Below, piece after piece: positions 16,474 to 27,450 of a stretch of DNA of 64,000 bases (positions are counted from its first letter, which is position 1; each line of letters opens with the position of its first letter). The stretch comes from Trichodelitschia bisporula (lineage: Eukaryota), in NCBI GenBank assembly GCA_010356995.1, contig ML996709.1, positions 138,606 through 202,605 of the forward strand, in the 5' to 3' direction. A program made the translations under genes and the position numbers. The notes beneath the pieces were generated by a model that was not told where the DNA came from, did no database searches, and saw only the letters and a program-made list of their open reading frames with translations.

Positions 16474-16880
16474 TCATCAAGCACCCTGTGCGGAGGCATA
16501 GACGCCAGGAGATTCTGCGAAGCTGTTCAGTGTCTCTCAATACGCGTAAGGATACCCCGCCACCACGGGAGGATAGGTTCAAGGAGAGGGGGAAACAGAG
16601 GTAGAGACGGTGAGACATCCGAGTACAAGAAAAAGGACTGTGGGTCATCAACCACCCAGAGCGCCTGGCGATGCTGCAAAGCTTGTCCGTATCCCTCAAT
16701 AAGCGCAAGGGTTTCCTGCCACCACGGGAGAATGGACTTATGGGGAGGGAGAAACTGAGTTATACACGTCAGGGGATGCCGCAAATATGATCGGTATCCC
16801 TCAGTATAATAAAGGATATTCTGCCACCACGGGGGAGTAGGCTGAAGGGAAGGGAGATACGGAGATATTGTACCAGCGCC
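16474..16880. repeat. Degenerate tandem repeat, about 3 units of 105-160 bp
   Basis: GCCACCACGGG at about 16559, 16718 and 16823, each preceded by a C(T/C)CTCA(A/G)TA-like motif and followed by a G-rich tract. Minus-strand translations repeat PWW..IL/TL..(I/T)E. Confidence 0.7.
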
Positions 16881-16917
16881 GGGTAAACGGAGGTATAGAC
16901 GGCGGACGATCATGTTC

Positions 16918-17713
16918 CTATGCCCGGCGTCCCATATCAACCGCCCAGCGCTCGGAGACTAACGCTGGGGGGTCCTGCATCTCGATTTCGCGCATCTCAC
17001 CAGCCCTCGCGTCCTCAGGGATAGGCACTAGGCGTTCCTCCCTCTCGACGTGGTGCACATCANNNNNNNNNNNNNNNNNNNNNNNNNNNNNNNNNNNNNN
17101 NNNNNNNNNNNNNNNNNNNNNNNNNNNNNNNNNNNNNNNNNNCTAGGCGTTCCTCCCTCTCGACGTGGTGCACATCACCATCCGCTGAGTACTCGGAAAG
17201 GGAAGAATCCCTCTTGATTTGGTACATCTTCTCATCCGTCGGTGCCCCAGGTCCCGGAGAAGCGAAGTAAGGTGAAGAGTGATGGGACGATGAACCGTAC
17301 CGACTAGGTGGGAGTGGAATCAAAGCCTCCTCGTCATCAAGTATGAATGCTAGGGAACCTCGAATCTGTATTCGATGCTCCACAGCATCATATTCCTGGT
17401 AACGAAAGCCAAGCGGTGGTGCAGGTCCCGGAGAAACGAAGTAAGATGTAGAGCCACGATACGACGAACCGGACCGACTACCTGGAAGCGGTATTTGAGC
17501 ACCCTCCTTGAGCGACAGAGGGACTGAATTACGAGCATTGGAACTGATATCCGAAACGCCGGTTAAGGGCAAATCTTCTGTTTTGAAAAAGATGTTGGGA
17601 GGCGAGGGTGGTGGTGGAGGTGTGGGCTGCGGTGGAGATTTGGACAGCAGAGGAGCCTTGGACCGTGGTCGAGAAACGGCCCGGCGTCGAGCAACGGGCC
17701 GGCGCGGAGCCAT
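16918..17713 (-). CDS. Orphan S/P-rich hypothetical protein (about 226 aa if the N gap is collapsed)
   Basis: Open frame from ATG 17713. The 35 bp flanking the gap are duplicated, and collapsing them continues the frame to TAG at 16918-16920. Internal repeat IPLP.SR.GSS...SP/Y F.SPGP occurs twice. Confidence 0.45.
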
Positions 17714-17729
17714 GGGCCAATTCGAGGAC

Positions 17730-18140
17730 GGGCCCGGCGCAAGTCCGCCGCCTGCTCGAGGTTAGTGCTGCGACCTAATTGGGGTATTCCGTGATCTTTA
17801 CCTCAGAGTTGTTTTAAGAGGGCGTGGCTATGAAGCTTTGGACTTGCCATCTGAAGCTCTACGAAAGTCGCTTATCGTGGTGCGGAGATGCCTAGAGGGT
17901 GGCGGAGGCCCCGGCGCAATCCGCCGCCTGCTTGAGGCTACTTAATGTTCTAGAAGAAGATTGGGGGATTTTGAGATCTCTACCTTTGGCGACGTTTCAA
18001 GAGGGTGTGGCTCTGGAGCTTTGGAATGACCGTCTGAAGCCCCGGTGAAGGTCGTTCCCGTGGTGTGGAGATGCCCGGGGGCAGACTCAATTGCAGACGT
18101 CTAGTTCTAGACGGTGGAGGCCTAGCGCGAACCCGCCGAC
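17730..18140. repeat. Degenerate tandem repeat, about 2.3 units of about 180 bp
   Basis: GGCCCGGCGCAA(G)TCCGCCGCCTGC at about 17731 and 17907; TTGGGG.ATT..GATCT.TACCT..AAGAGGG.GTGGCT..GAAGC..CGTGGTG.GGAGATGCC at about 17779 and 17961. Confidence 0.75.
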
Positions 18141-18837
18141 AGATCAGATATATCGCGGGATATTTTGCGTCGATTTTGGAGCGAGAGTTGTGAGAATTCC
18201 GGCGGTGATGAGGTGGAGAAGATATTGTTCCAAGTTCAACTGGCAGTGAAGCTGTGCTTAAGCGCAAGGCTCAATGCGTCAATTTGGGTGAGGGCGTAGC
18301 CTTGCCAGCGCACCGCACATGTAACTGCGGCCAAGACTTTTCGGTCAGCTGCCGAATGGCCTTTCATGTGGTGCAAGGAGGCTGTGCGGGCGGGGTAATG
18401 AGAGCATCACCACGACATGTGTTTGAACAGCGGGTGCATGTTTAAAAGTACACAGAAGGCGAGAAGCAAGAAAGGTGAGCGGCTCTGCCGCTCGAGACCC
18501 AATACAATATTTGCACAGTATGTTCCCTCCAAGCTTACCATAGGGCACTTCCTTCGGCATGTTCCTTGCCCATGTCTTCAACGCGAGGAATGGGTGGCGT
18601 AGCCATGTCAGCCTGACGCCGTGATCTCCAAGCTGCGGCCAATAAAGCTCATCGGGCTTAGGGGAAACCCGACGTTGCTGAGCTTTTCCTTGTGCTTTCT
18701 TCGACGCGTTGTGAGCGTCCAAGGCCGATTCTCTACCGTAGGAAGAGAGGGGGCGAGGACTGGACGAAAAGTGATGTCCCTCCGGCTTTTGCTGAGGCCT
18801 ACGAAGAGGCTTCCGGGCGGAGACGACACTTTTTCGA

Positions 18838-19668
18838 TTAGCCCCCAGGCGGCTTGTCTCCGCTGATTTCCTGTTCAGTTTCCGGGGGGTCAGAGCTGTA
18901 CTCAGCTACGCTTCTGGGTTCCATTCCTATGTACCCCAAATCGCATACCCTGGTTTCTGGCACTGGAGTCCACGAGCGTACTCTGTTTTCGAAGCTCGGG
19001 AAGCAATATTGTACGTCGCACCATGTGCGGCCGTCTAAGGTCCATCCTGTCGGCATACCCAATGTCGGGATACCCGGAAAGGCAGGATTGGCGCGACGAA
19101 CACCGAAGTGGCGAAGATGGACGACGCCGAAGTCCGATGAAATTCAGGAACATCCTGGAGGACCCATCACGGATATATACTGTTCATTCTGTAAACCAGA
19201 GAAGGTAACAAGCTGGGCAACCAATCTTTTCTCACACAATTCTTTGAGCACTTCCGCCAACACATCCCGTCTGAACGAAATGACGCTGTAGGGCTTCCGT
19301 TTCCACATGGACAAGGAGGCCTCTCGTAGTTTCTCTATTTTCATCTGACATTGAGGAGGGTATCGATCCGGTGACGCGTACAAAGCGAACGCCTGTGATT
19401 CCTCCCAGTTCACACTGGTGGGGAAATCCGCATGTCGGAAGTCCGGATGTCAGTTTCGAGATAAGCTCGCGGTTGTCCGCATCCGTGCCGTCCCCTGCCA
19501 TCCTTGGTGGGTAGTTGATGATGAGTACCGGGAATCCGGCACGTGAATAGTTCCGAAAAGTATCTCTTGAAAGTGGAGTCCTCGGTGGATTACGTGCTGT
19601 CTGTTCTCTAGGGAGGTAAAAGAAACCATGAAGTCGCCTGTGACAAGCCATGCTACCGCCGCGGCCAT
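18838..19668 (-). pseudogene. Possible decayed ORF of unknown family
   Basis: One frame (19413-18838) runs about 190 codons with a single stop at 19144-19146; further open frames overlap upstream. No family recognised. Confidence 0.25.
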
Positions 19669-19876
19669 CGGAAGTTCTCCTAGATATGTTTTAGAGCCTC
19701 GCTCGTTCGCATGGCGCGGAGCCGTTTCGATGGCATAATAACGAGGATTGACTCTGCATCGGCCTTTGCCAACTTTCGCTGCTCAGTCATTGGGTCGTCT
19801 TGTCCCGGACTCTCTGGATTCGCCGTCTGAGCTGCTAGTCTCACCCTGTTCACTGCTGGTTCCTATTACTCTTATG

Positions 19877-20545
19877 TTAGCCCTGTTTCCCACTCCCATA
19901 GTATGGATGGCCCCGGACCTTGCCTACGCGATCTTCCAACTCGCCCAGGCTGTCCAGGTTGTCCCGCTCGTCCAGTTCATGAAGCGCGCCCAGCCCTTGC
20001 AACGCCAATGTAACACACGAGTATCCAAGAGGGCGGTCCGAGGAGAAAAACAGTTCCGCAAATGTCTGATTAAATCCTCGCTCCAAGGCTCCCATTCCCC
20101 GTATCATCCCCTCTTCCGTTGGTCCTGCAAACGGTTCCCCCAGCGCTGGATTCGAAGGATCCGAGTTTTTAAGAGCAGAATAATTATTCCAAAAATCCGG
20201 CTGAGATGGAGCGGAACAAGACGATGAAATTCGGTACGATGAAATGTGGCCACCAGAAGAAGTGTAAGCGTACGACGAGCCGTACCGACTAAGAGGGAGC
20301 GGTATTTCAGTCGCCTCATTGAAAAGGGGAGCGTCGCCTGGGGGGTTCGAAGGTACCCAGTTCGGGGCTTCGTGGTTGTCATCTACAACTTCGTTGAGGG
20401 TCATTAGCCGTGTTATGAAGGTGTTCGAAACACCGTCGCCGGCCTGGTACCATGAGCGTAGATGCAGAGGCTGTGGTGACGGTGGAGGCATGGGCGGTTT
20501 TAGAGATGAGGCCCGGCGCGAATCCGCCGACTGATTGGGGTACAT
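19877..20545 (-). CDS. Orphan hypothetical protein paralogous to the 16918-17713 ORF
   Basis: Long open frame with ATG at 20545. Shares IPLPLSRYGSS and upstream DNA blocks with the 17.1-18.3 kb segment. Confidence 0.45.
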   Translation of the reverse strand: MYPNQSADSRRASSLKPPMPPPSPQPLHLRSWYQAGDGVSNTFITRLMTLNEVVDDNHEAPNWVPSNPPGDAPLFNEATEIPLPLSRYGSSYAYTSSGGHISSYRISSSCSAPSQPDFWNNYSALKNSDPSNPALGEPFAGPTEEGMIRGMGALERGFNQTFAELFFSSDRPLGYSCVTLALQGLGALHELDERDNLDSLGELEDRVGKVRGHPYYGSGKQG

Positions 20546-21273
20546 CGCGGAAGCTTTGCGTCGCTTTTGGAGCAAGAGGTGCGAGAATTCTGGCAGTAAT
20601 GAGGTGAAGAGCGTCCAAGTTTCCGCTGGCGGTGGGGTTGTGTTGCGGCTCGAGGCGTCAGTCCGGGACAGTACCGTGAGTGAGCGGCCTTGCCAGCGCA
20701 CCTAACTGCGGTCAAGGGGCTAAGGGCTATGCCAAAAAGTCGTGGCTCTCCTGCTAGGCAAGAGTAAATTATTCATTTGGCTATGTTGGGAGGAGAACAG
20801 GCAGGACTACGGGTAACTGTGAGAAAATAGGTAAATTCGCTAACTCGATCTTTAACCTATAGATTGCAAGTTGTAGCGTTACTCGATGCAGGAGGGCGGC
20901 TCAACGAGATACTACTACGTAGCTCTACTAGCTTTGGTGTTGCTAATGTCGCTCGTTTCCCTGAAGTACCCATGAGGTCGGGGGTCGTGGGGGTGGGCAC
21001 GGTGGGGTGCAAGACTTTTCGGGGTGGCCCTTACACTGTGCGCTAGCCAAAAAAGTCGTGGCCGCGCCCCAAAGTCTCCGCTTTCGTACATGCCACGCGC
21101 CAAGGCCCCGCACGCCCCCCGACTTGATCTGTGGTTCTAGACGTCAACACGTCTTGTCTCCATCAAGTCATCAACACCAAGGCAAAAGCCACCTCATGAT
21201 ATTGCGAAATCGCGCACTTCCATGCCCTCTTAGTCTCCATTTCCACCTGATACCGGACTGCACATCTCCGTAG

Positions 21274-23075
21274 ATGACTACACTCGGTCCTGTCCGCCCG
21301 TCACCGGGGTTGCGTCAGCGCCGGGAGCCCCATCGCCCATCCCTCGCGCGCGTTAGTACGCGGGCAACTACCTACGATAGTATTGAAGATGCGGTCGTGC
21401 CGGAGCCTGCCCCATTTGGTGAGTCTCCTTTGCCATGCCGCGTGATGCAGCTTTTGACGGCGCGGTTCAGTGCCTACCCAGGAGTACATCTTGAAGAAAC
21501 ACCGCGGGGTGCCACCGTCCCTCATTGTTCACCTCCACAAGACGCACTTCCGGTTCGAGCAGCAGGATGGCAACTTTTCGTATGCTTCCGAGATGAAGGT
21601 CTTTCTCGAGCACCTCAAGAGGAAAACACTGCCGCACGAGATGCTGGAGGAGCTCTACAGGTCGAATGTCCCGTTCTATGATGGTAAGCCTTGGTTCTGA
21701 CACTGAGGTTGCGAGACTGATCTCAAACAGGTTGCTTGATTGTCGAAGTCCACAACCATCGCGTTACCGATGCCGCACCGAGCGCCACCACAAACCAAGT
21801 CGGCGGGGAGTCTCATATACCTTTTTCCATACACAACTGGAATGAACACATTGTTCCCTCTCCCCATGTTCCCTATCCCACCAAGATAAAAGGAGAAGGC
21901 AAGGTGCACACCAACGGGGTCAAAGGCTCGGAAAAGGGGAAGATGGCGGCGCCGGACCAGCCGGCATCGGCCATGCAAAAGAAGCCGCCGGCAACCCCTT
22001 CACTCTTTGTGGTGGTGCTCTTCCCGACCCAGCAGAGTCTCTATGAGGACATGGCGATCCTGGCACGGACACCTAAGAGCGAGTTTCTTGCGGCGAGGCG
22101 ACAGAGCAAGGCCGGTGCTACGCCGACAATGACCCCCCAGACACCACTGGGCTCGATGCCGCCGATCCCGCTGGGAGTAAAGGCCTCCAAATCGGCCATG
22201 ATTCTGGACGAGTCGAATGCTCTGGAGTTTGAGGCCGAGCTCATTAACCGCACCGCGCCGCCGCTGTACCTGAAGCCGGCGAAGAATTTCAAAGAATTCT
22301 CGGCCCTCTTGGACGTATTCCGGGATCCGCTTCACAACGAAAGTCCTCCTAAGCCGAAACCGCGAAAGCGTACGCACGCGGAGGTTGCTGCGGACGAAGC
22401 ACTGGCCGCGTCCGAGGAGAAGTTTATCCTTGCCTGGGATGAACGGCATCAGGCGCTGTTGGCGGGGGTATCCGCGTCTGGGGCCGCCTCGGAGAATCAA
22501 ACCCTGCGCGGTTCTACGTCGTTTGAGCCAACGTTCAAGCGCTTCAAGACGCTGGAAAATATCATGATGCGTCATGCGGAAGCGGAGAGACTGAAGAAGG
22601 AGGAAGAGGCGCGCGTCGCTCTATCCAAGCGGCAAGCTGAGGTTGAGAATAATAAGCGCAGAGAGGTGGAAGAGAAAAAGCATAACCTGGTCCAGCGACA
22701 GACTGAGCAGCATCACCAACAGCAACAGCAGCATCTGGTCCAGCAGCAGCATCAACAGCAACATCAGCAACAGCAACAGCAAAAGCAACAGCAGCAGGCT
22801 CAACATATGCAGGCTCAACAGGCCCAGCAGCAGCAGCTGCAAATGCAGGCACAGGCGCAACAGAACCAACAGCAACAGGCTCAACAGCAACAGGCTCAAC
22901 AGCAACAGGCTCAACAGCAACAGGCTCAACAGCAAGCCCAGCAGCAAGCCCAGCAGCAGGCCCAGCAGCAGGCCCAGCAACAGCATCAACAACAGCAACA
23001 GCAGATGGAGATGCAACGCCAGCAACAGCAGCAGGCCCAACAGCAGCAGTTGGAGCTGCAAAGGCAGATGCAAGC

Positions 23076-23125
<50 letters not shown>

Positions 23126-24456
23126 CTCAGCAACAGCCATCCATGACTCCAGTTGCAACGAACGCCCAAATCCCAATGATGACGGCGGCTCACGGGCAAG
23201 GGCAAATCTCTCAGGCATCGGCCATGTCCCCGATCATGCGCCAACAGACTCCGATGTCGGCATCTCCGGTCCTGGGAGGTACCCCTATGAACGTCAGCAT
23301 GACGAGCGTACCAATGGCTATGTCGGGCTCGAGTCAAGGCAGTCCTCCACGGCCCTCATCCACGGTCCACTCCCACGTAGCCATGGGCAGACAAATCAGC
23401 CAGCAGCAGGGCCCAAGTTCGCACGGCACACCGCATGTGCAAAACACCCCGAACATGGCATCCGCTGTCCCCGTTACCCGCAACATGACGCCGCAGCCGC
23501 GCACCACTCAGCATGGCAGCCCGCTGCAGGGCCAGATGCAAGGAACGCCGCTAATGAACGCGCAGGCGCCGAACCAGCACACACCGGAGCAGCAGCAGCA
23601 ACTCATGATGCGGCGCATGATGATGCAGCAGGCCCATCAGGCACAGTTACAGCAACAACAGCAGCACGCTCAGCGACCGCAGCAGGGTATGAATCCGACG
23701 AACATGTCGCCGCAGCAGATCCAAGCCCTCATGCAACAGCGCCAAATGGCCATGGCCGGTACACCGGGCCCACAGGGCACCATGATGCAGCAAGGGCAAA
23801 ATGGCGCGTTCCGCACCACGCAAATGAGTCCCGGGCAAATGGGCATGGCGGGCGGGACCATGATGTCGCCGGCGCACCAGCAGTTCTTCCAGCAAATGCA
23901 ACAGCAGAAACAAATCATGGAGAACCGCTTCGCGACCGAGTGGCAGGGCAAGCTGGCGGAGCTGATCAACAGCTACGGGGGGCAGGTCCCGCCCGCCGTG
24001 CTCCAGAACTTCAAGAATCAGGAAATGCTATCCAAGCAGCAGCTCCAGCTCCGCCTACGCCAGCAAATGCAGGAGAGCTACCGCAATGCGGCCATGGGCC
24101 AGCAGGCGCAGGCTGCGCTCGCCGCGCAGGGCGCGAGCCAGCAACAGCAGCAGCAGGCGGCTCTCGCAGCAGGCATGAATCCGGGTATGGCGATGGCGCA
24201 GGGCGGTGCGCAGACGGCGCAGTATATGGTGCAATTGCAGGCGCAGCAGCAGAAGCTTATGCTTGCGGCGAGATCGCAGCATATGCATCAGCAGCAGCAG
24301 CGGGCGGCGGCAGCGGCGGCGGCGGGGATGGGCGGCGGGCAGGGGATGCCGCAGGGGTTGACGCCGCAGCAGCAGCAGCAGTTGTTGCAGCAGCAGATGC
24401 AGATGCAGATGCAGATGCAGGGGATGAATGGGATGGGGGGGGGGATGGGGATGTAA
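21274..24456 (+). CDS. SPT20: SAGA complex subunit Spt20 family protein with long Q/M-rich tail
   Basis: PSLIVHLHKTHFRFEQQDG.F.Y...LP...VPFYDGCLIVEVHNHR Spt20-domain signature. Exons 21274-21418, 21471-21683, 21731-24456. Confidence 0.88.
22700..23135 (+). repeat. Coding poly-Q microsatellites in Spt20
   Basis: CAGGCTCAACAGCAA x4 at about 22876-22935 and a pure (CAG)16 at 23077-23124. Confidence 0.9.
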
Positions 24457-24980
24457 TGTGGATTGATGGGATGTATGAGTATTATGAGGGATTGCTTGGG
24501 AGTGAGCGTTGGGTTGTATTTTGGCGTGGACTGGGTTGGAGCGGGCTTGTATTCATTGTTCTCTTGTATGGTGTTTTGGTTTTGCGGTTTTGGTGGTAAC
24601 GGGGCACGGGATGGCAAGCAAAAGGATGCCTAATTGAGTGTTGAGGTGGGTTCGGGACGGGACGAGTAGGCATTTCGCCCGAACAAACGCCGATGCGTAT
24701 GCGGAATAACATTATTTCCGACATGCACTCTTCATCATTTCTGTGATGCTGATCTGTCAATCACGAGTCTGTAGAACTGAGACCTTTGGAGCCGTCGTTT
24801 TGGTCGTTGGGCAACAGGACTCCTATTTCCAGAGGGTGGCCGTGGTCTGGTTACCCGGCATTCTGCGTCCCCGTATGGGTGCAGGCATTACCCGGCATCC
24901 CGGCGCGCGAAATCATCCCACGATGACGCGATACAACATCCACATATGACTATTGCCTCGCCAACACCTCCCATCGAACA

Positions 24981-25099
24981 GGCAATGTGGCGGAGTGGTT
25001 AACGCGCTGCCCTGCTATTCACCCCCGATTCTCGCAACCGGTCACAGCGGATGCAAGGCAGTTCCTTTGGGAGCGTAGGTTCGAATCCTGCCATTGTCG
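24981..25099 (+). tRNA. tRNA-Ser(GCT) with 38-nt intron
   Basis: Acceptor stem GGCAATG/CATTGTC plus G discriminator; A box TGGCGGAGTGG; anticodon stem CTGCC/GGCAG with GCT at 25014-25016; intron 25018-25055; long variable arm; B box GGTTCGAATCC. Confidence 0.95.
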
Positions 25100-25111
25100 A
25101 GATACATAACC

Positions 25112-25123
25112 TTTTTTTTTTTT
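25112..25123 (+). terminator. RNA polymerase III oligo-dT terminator
   Basis: T run about 12 nt downstream of the tRNA 3' end. Confidence 0.8.
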
Positions 25124-25571
25124 AACGCTGCTTTGAGGTTGCGGGGGGCGGACCTGGGGGGAGGAAGCGTATGTGATGGCCGCAGGAGGGTTGGCTGAAT
25201 GGGGTTAGGGAGAGAAGGAGGGCAGGATTTGGGGTGGCTGATGGCATTCACGACGTCGAAGCATTTGGGTTATGCATGGAAGGGGAGGGACAGAACTTTT
25301 TTTTGGGGAGTCACTGTGGCACGCACTTCTACATAGTACACAGTGTTGCGATGTGACATTTGCCTTCGGAAGCCGACGCCGCGACGCCGCGACCGCTAAC
25401 CTTACGTCCATGGAGATATATGCGCCAGCCTCACCCCTCTCCGACCTCCCTCATATACAGACCTCAGACTCATCAACACCCGCCCCCATTCCCGTTCCTT
25501 GCGCTTGCTATCTTCGCAGAGTTGTCCTGCTACCGCGACCGCAATATGGGCTCCCGGTGGGAGCATCGGCT

Positions 25572-27450
25572 TGACACGTACAATGGCTACGGGTACGGGT
25601 ATGAAGTGAAGGGTAGGTTGAAGACGAAAGGAAGAAGAGATTTAAGAGACGTTCGAGACTAAATACACGAGGTGCCAAAATGTCCTCCCGTGTTTCTCAC
25701 TTCCATTGTACGCATAACACATCATCTTCATTCCTGCCTAGCAATGCTACTCCCTCATGTCTACATCATTGTCCCCCCTCGAAAACAATGCCTTTGCGCT
25801 ACAGCGTCCCACCAGGATCGTCCACAGTCCTCCATCCTATGAAGATGGGGAAACCAAATAGCGTCGGCTTGTTCGTCCCCTTAAGTTTGCCATCTGCGTG
25901 CAGCTTGTCGAGAATCTCGTTTGCAACTTCTTGCTCCACCTTTCGCATCATGGACCTTCCGAGCCAGTTTGGCTTTCCGGCTGTTCCAATCGGTGACGGG
26001 CGGGCGAGATGATATCGCCGAGATGCAGGAGGTCATGGAAGACATGGAGCTGCCGGTAAAACGCATCCCCCATTTCCCGCACGATTGGGCGTCACCGATA
26101 CAAAGCTAACACGCGCAGCTCGCACTTTCGCGGCTTCTGGGTGCCCCGGTAGAAGCGTGGGCTCTTGCAGATACGGCACTCCATCAGTTCCGCGTATTCG
26201 CCGGTAAAGGCCATGCAATTCTTTGGGCAGCAGTGGAGTCATACTGCCCTCGTTAGTGCAAGCTTTAGTAGGTGCGAGAGCGGCTCCCGCATGCTAGGAA
26301 GGCTTCGGTTCCGCACGTCCATATCATTCTTCCATTTCGCATATTGCCTGCGAGTCATGCCCATCGCGTTCTCAGCGCAGCATAGCCAAAGGTCCCGCTC
26401 CTCTGCGAACATGCGGACGCCGTCGAGGGCCGCCTCGGCGGTCGACCAGCGGCCACTGTCTGGCCTATTGGAACAGAATCCCAAGTATCGTGGGCTGGAA
26501 CATATCCTTTCCAGCGTACCTGGTACACCAGCGACTTTTTCTTCCCTTTACCGGTGCGAACGACTTTTCGATCCACCATCGTTAGGGCAAAGTCCGACCC
26601 TCTGGATTACTGAATGTTCATGCTTCCCGGAATTGCCGACAGGTGCTTCGTCCATGATGCCTCTTGACCTGTGGTCAGCAGGTCCCATCACCGCTAGGGC
26701 GGTACTCCGGTCCGGCGATAGTGACGTCCGAGTCGTTTGCGGGTACCGGGCGATGAGCTGTCGCCATCGCTAGCCGAGCCGCGGTGTTGTATTGCGATTT
26801 CGACCACCCGATTGGTGACCTCACTCCGTCTATCAGTCTGTGGATGGCATGTAGTGCCAAGGTGGAGCAGCGTACACAACGCCTTGGATAGCCCAGTCCA
26901 GTCCATCGCCTTCATAGACAATCCGATGAGGGTAATGATTGACGCACAATTGTTCGTGAACACTGTCAACTCCTGGTGTAGGAGCGATATGGCCCTTCAA
27001 GAAGTTGAGTCCACCGAGGAAAGCTTTCATCTCTTCGAATGTTGCTAGAAGCTTGTCGTAGTCGGCAGATGCATTGTTCGCAGTCTAACGAATTAGACGA
27101 CCCGGTGAGGTGCAGGAATACTTACGTCGAGCAAAAGCGTTATCGCCGTGAAGCCGTTATAACTTGCCGTGAGCAGAAGGCACTGGTGAGCCGAGAAGGC
27201 CTGTTGAGCATAATGGGAAGATTGAATGATGGACTGCTGAAGAAGGTTGAGTGATGATATTGAGGGATGGAAGGTTTGATCGGCTTCTCTGGTGGAAGAC
27301 TGCGTTTTAAAGCAAGATGTGACGTCACCAGGTCTCTCATCTGAGGAAGGAACATATGTGGAGTGGAAGGAGGTACTGAGGAACGAGGGAAGGAACGGTC
27401 GGGGAGAAGTCCGTGCAGGAGGGAAGGCGGGTACACAGATGGGCGAGCAG
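25572..27450 (-). mobile_element. Internally deleted, frameshifted Ty3/Gypsy (chromovirus) LTR retrotransposon relic
   Basis: Minus-strand fragments in pol order: RT N-terminus-like LPPEKPIKPSI..VITASR, connection-like KAFLGGLNFLKGHI, integrase-like TTCHPQTDRRSEVTNRVVE, chromodomain VDRKVVR..YQVRWKGYVPAHDTW. Then a PPT-like GAGGGGGGAC (25780-25771) and a TG..CA segment 25768-25572 as candidate 3' LTR. Confidence 0.75.

Noticed and set aside
22562..23337. Antisense poly-Ala and poly-Leu ORFs
   Set aside because: Shadows of the Spt20 CAG repeats; the same applies to most long overlapping ORFs opposite real genes.
26355..26579. Cellular chromodomain gene (HP1-like)
   Set aside because: Frameshifted and collinear with integrase and RT fragments and a PPT, so better explained as retrotransposon-derived.
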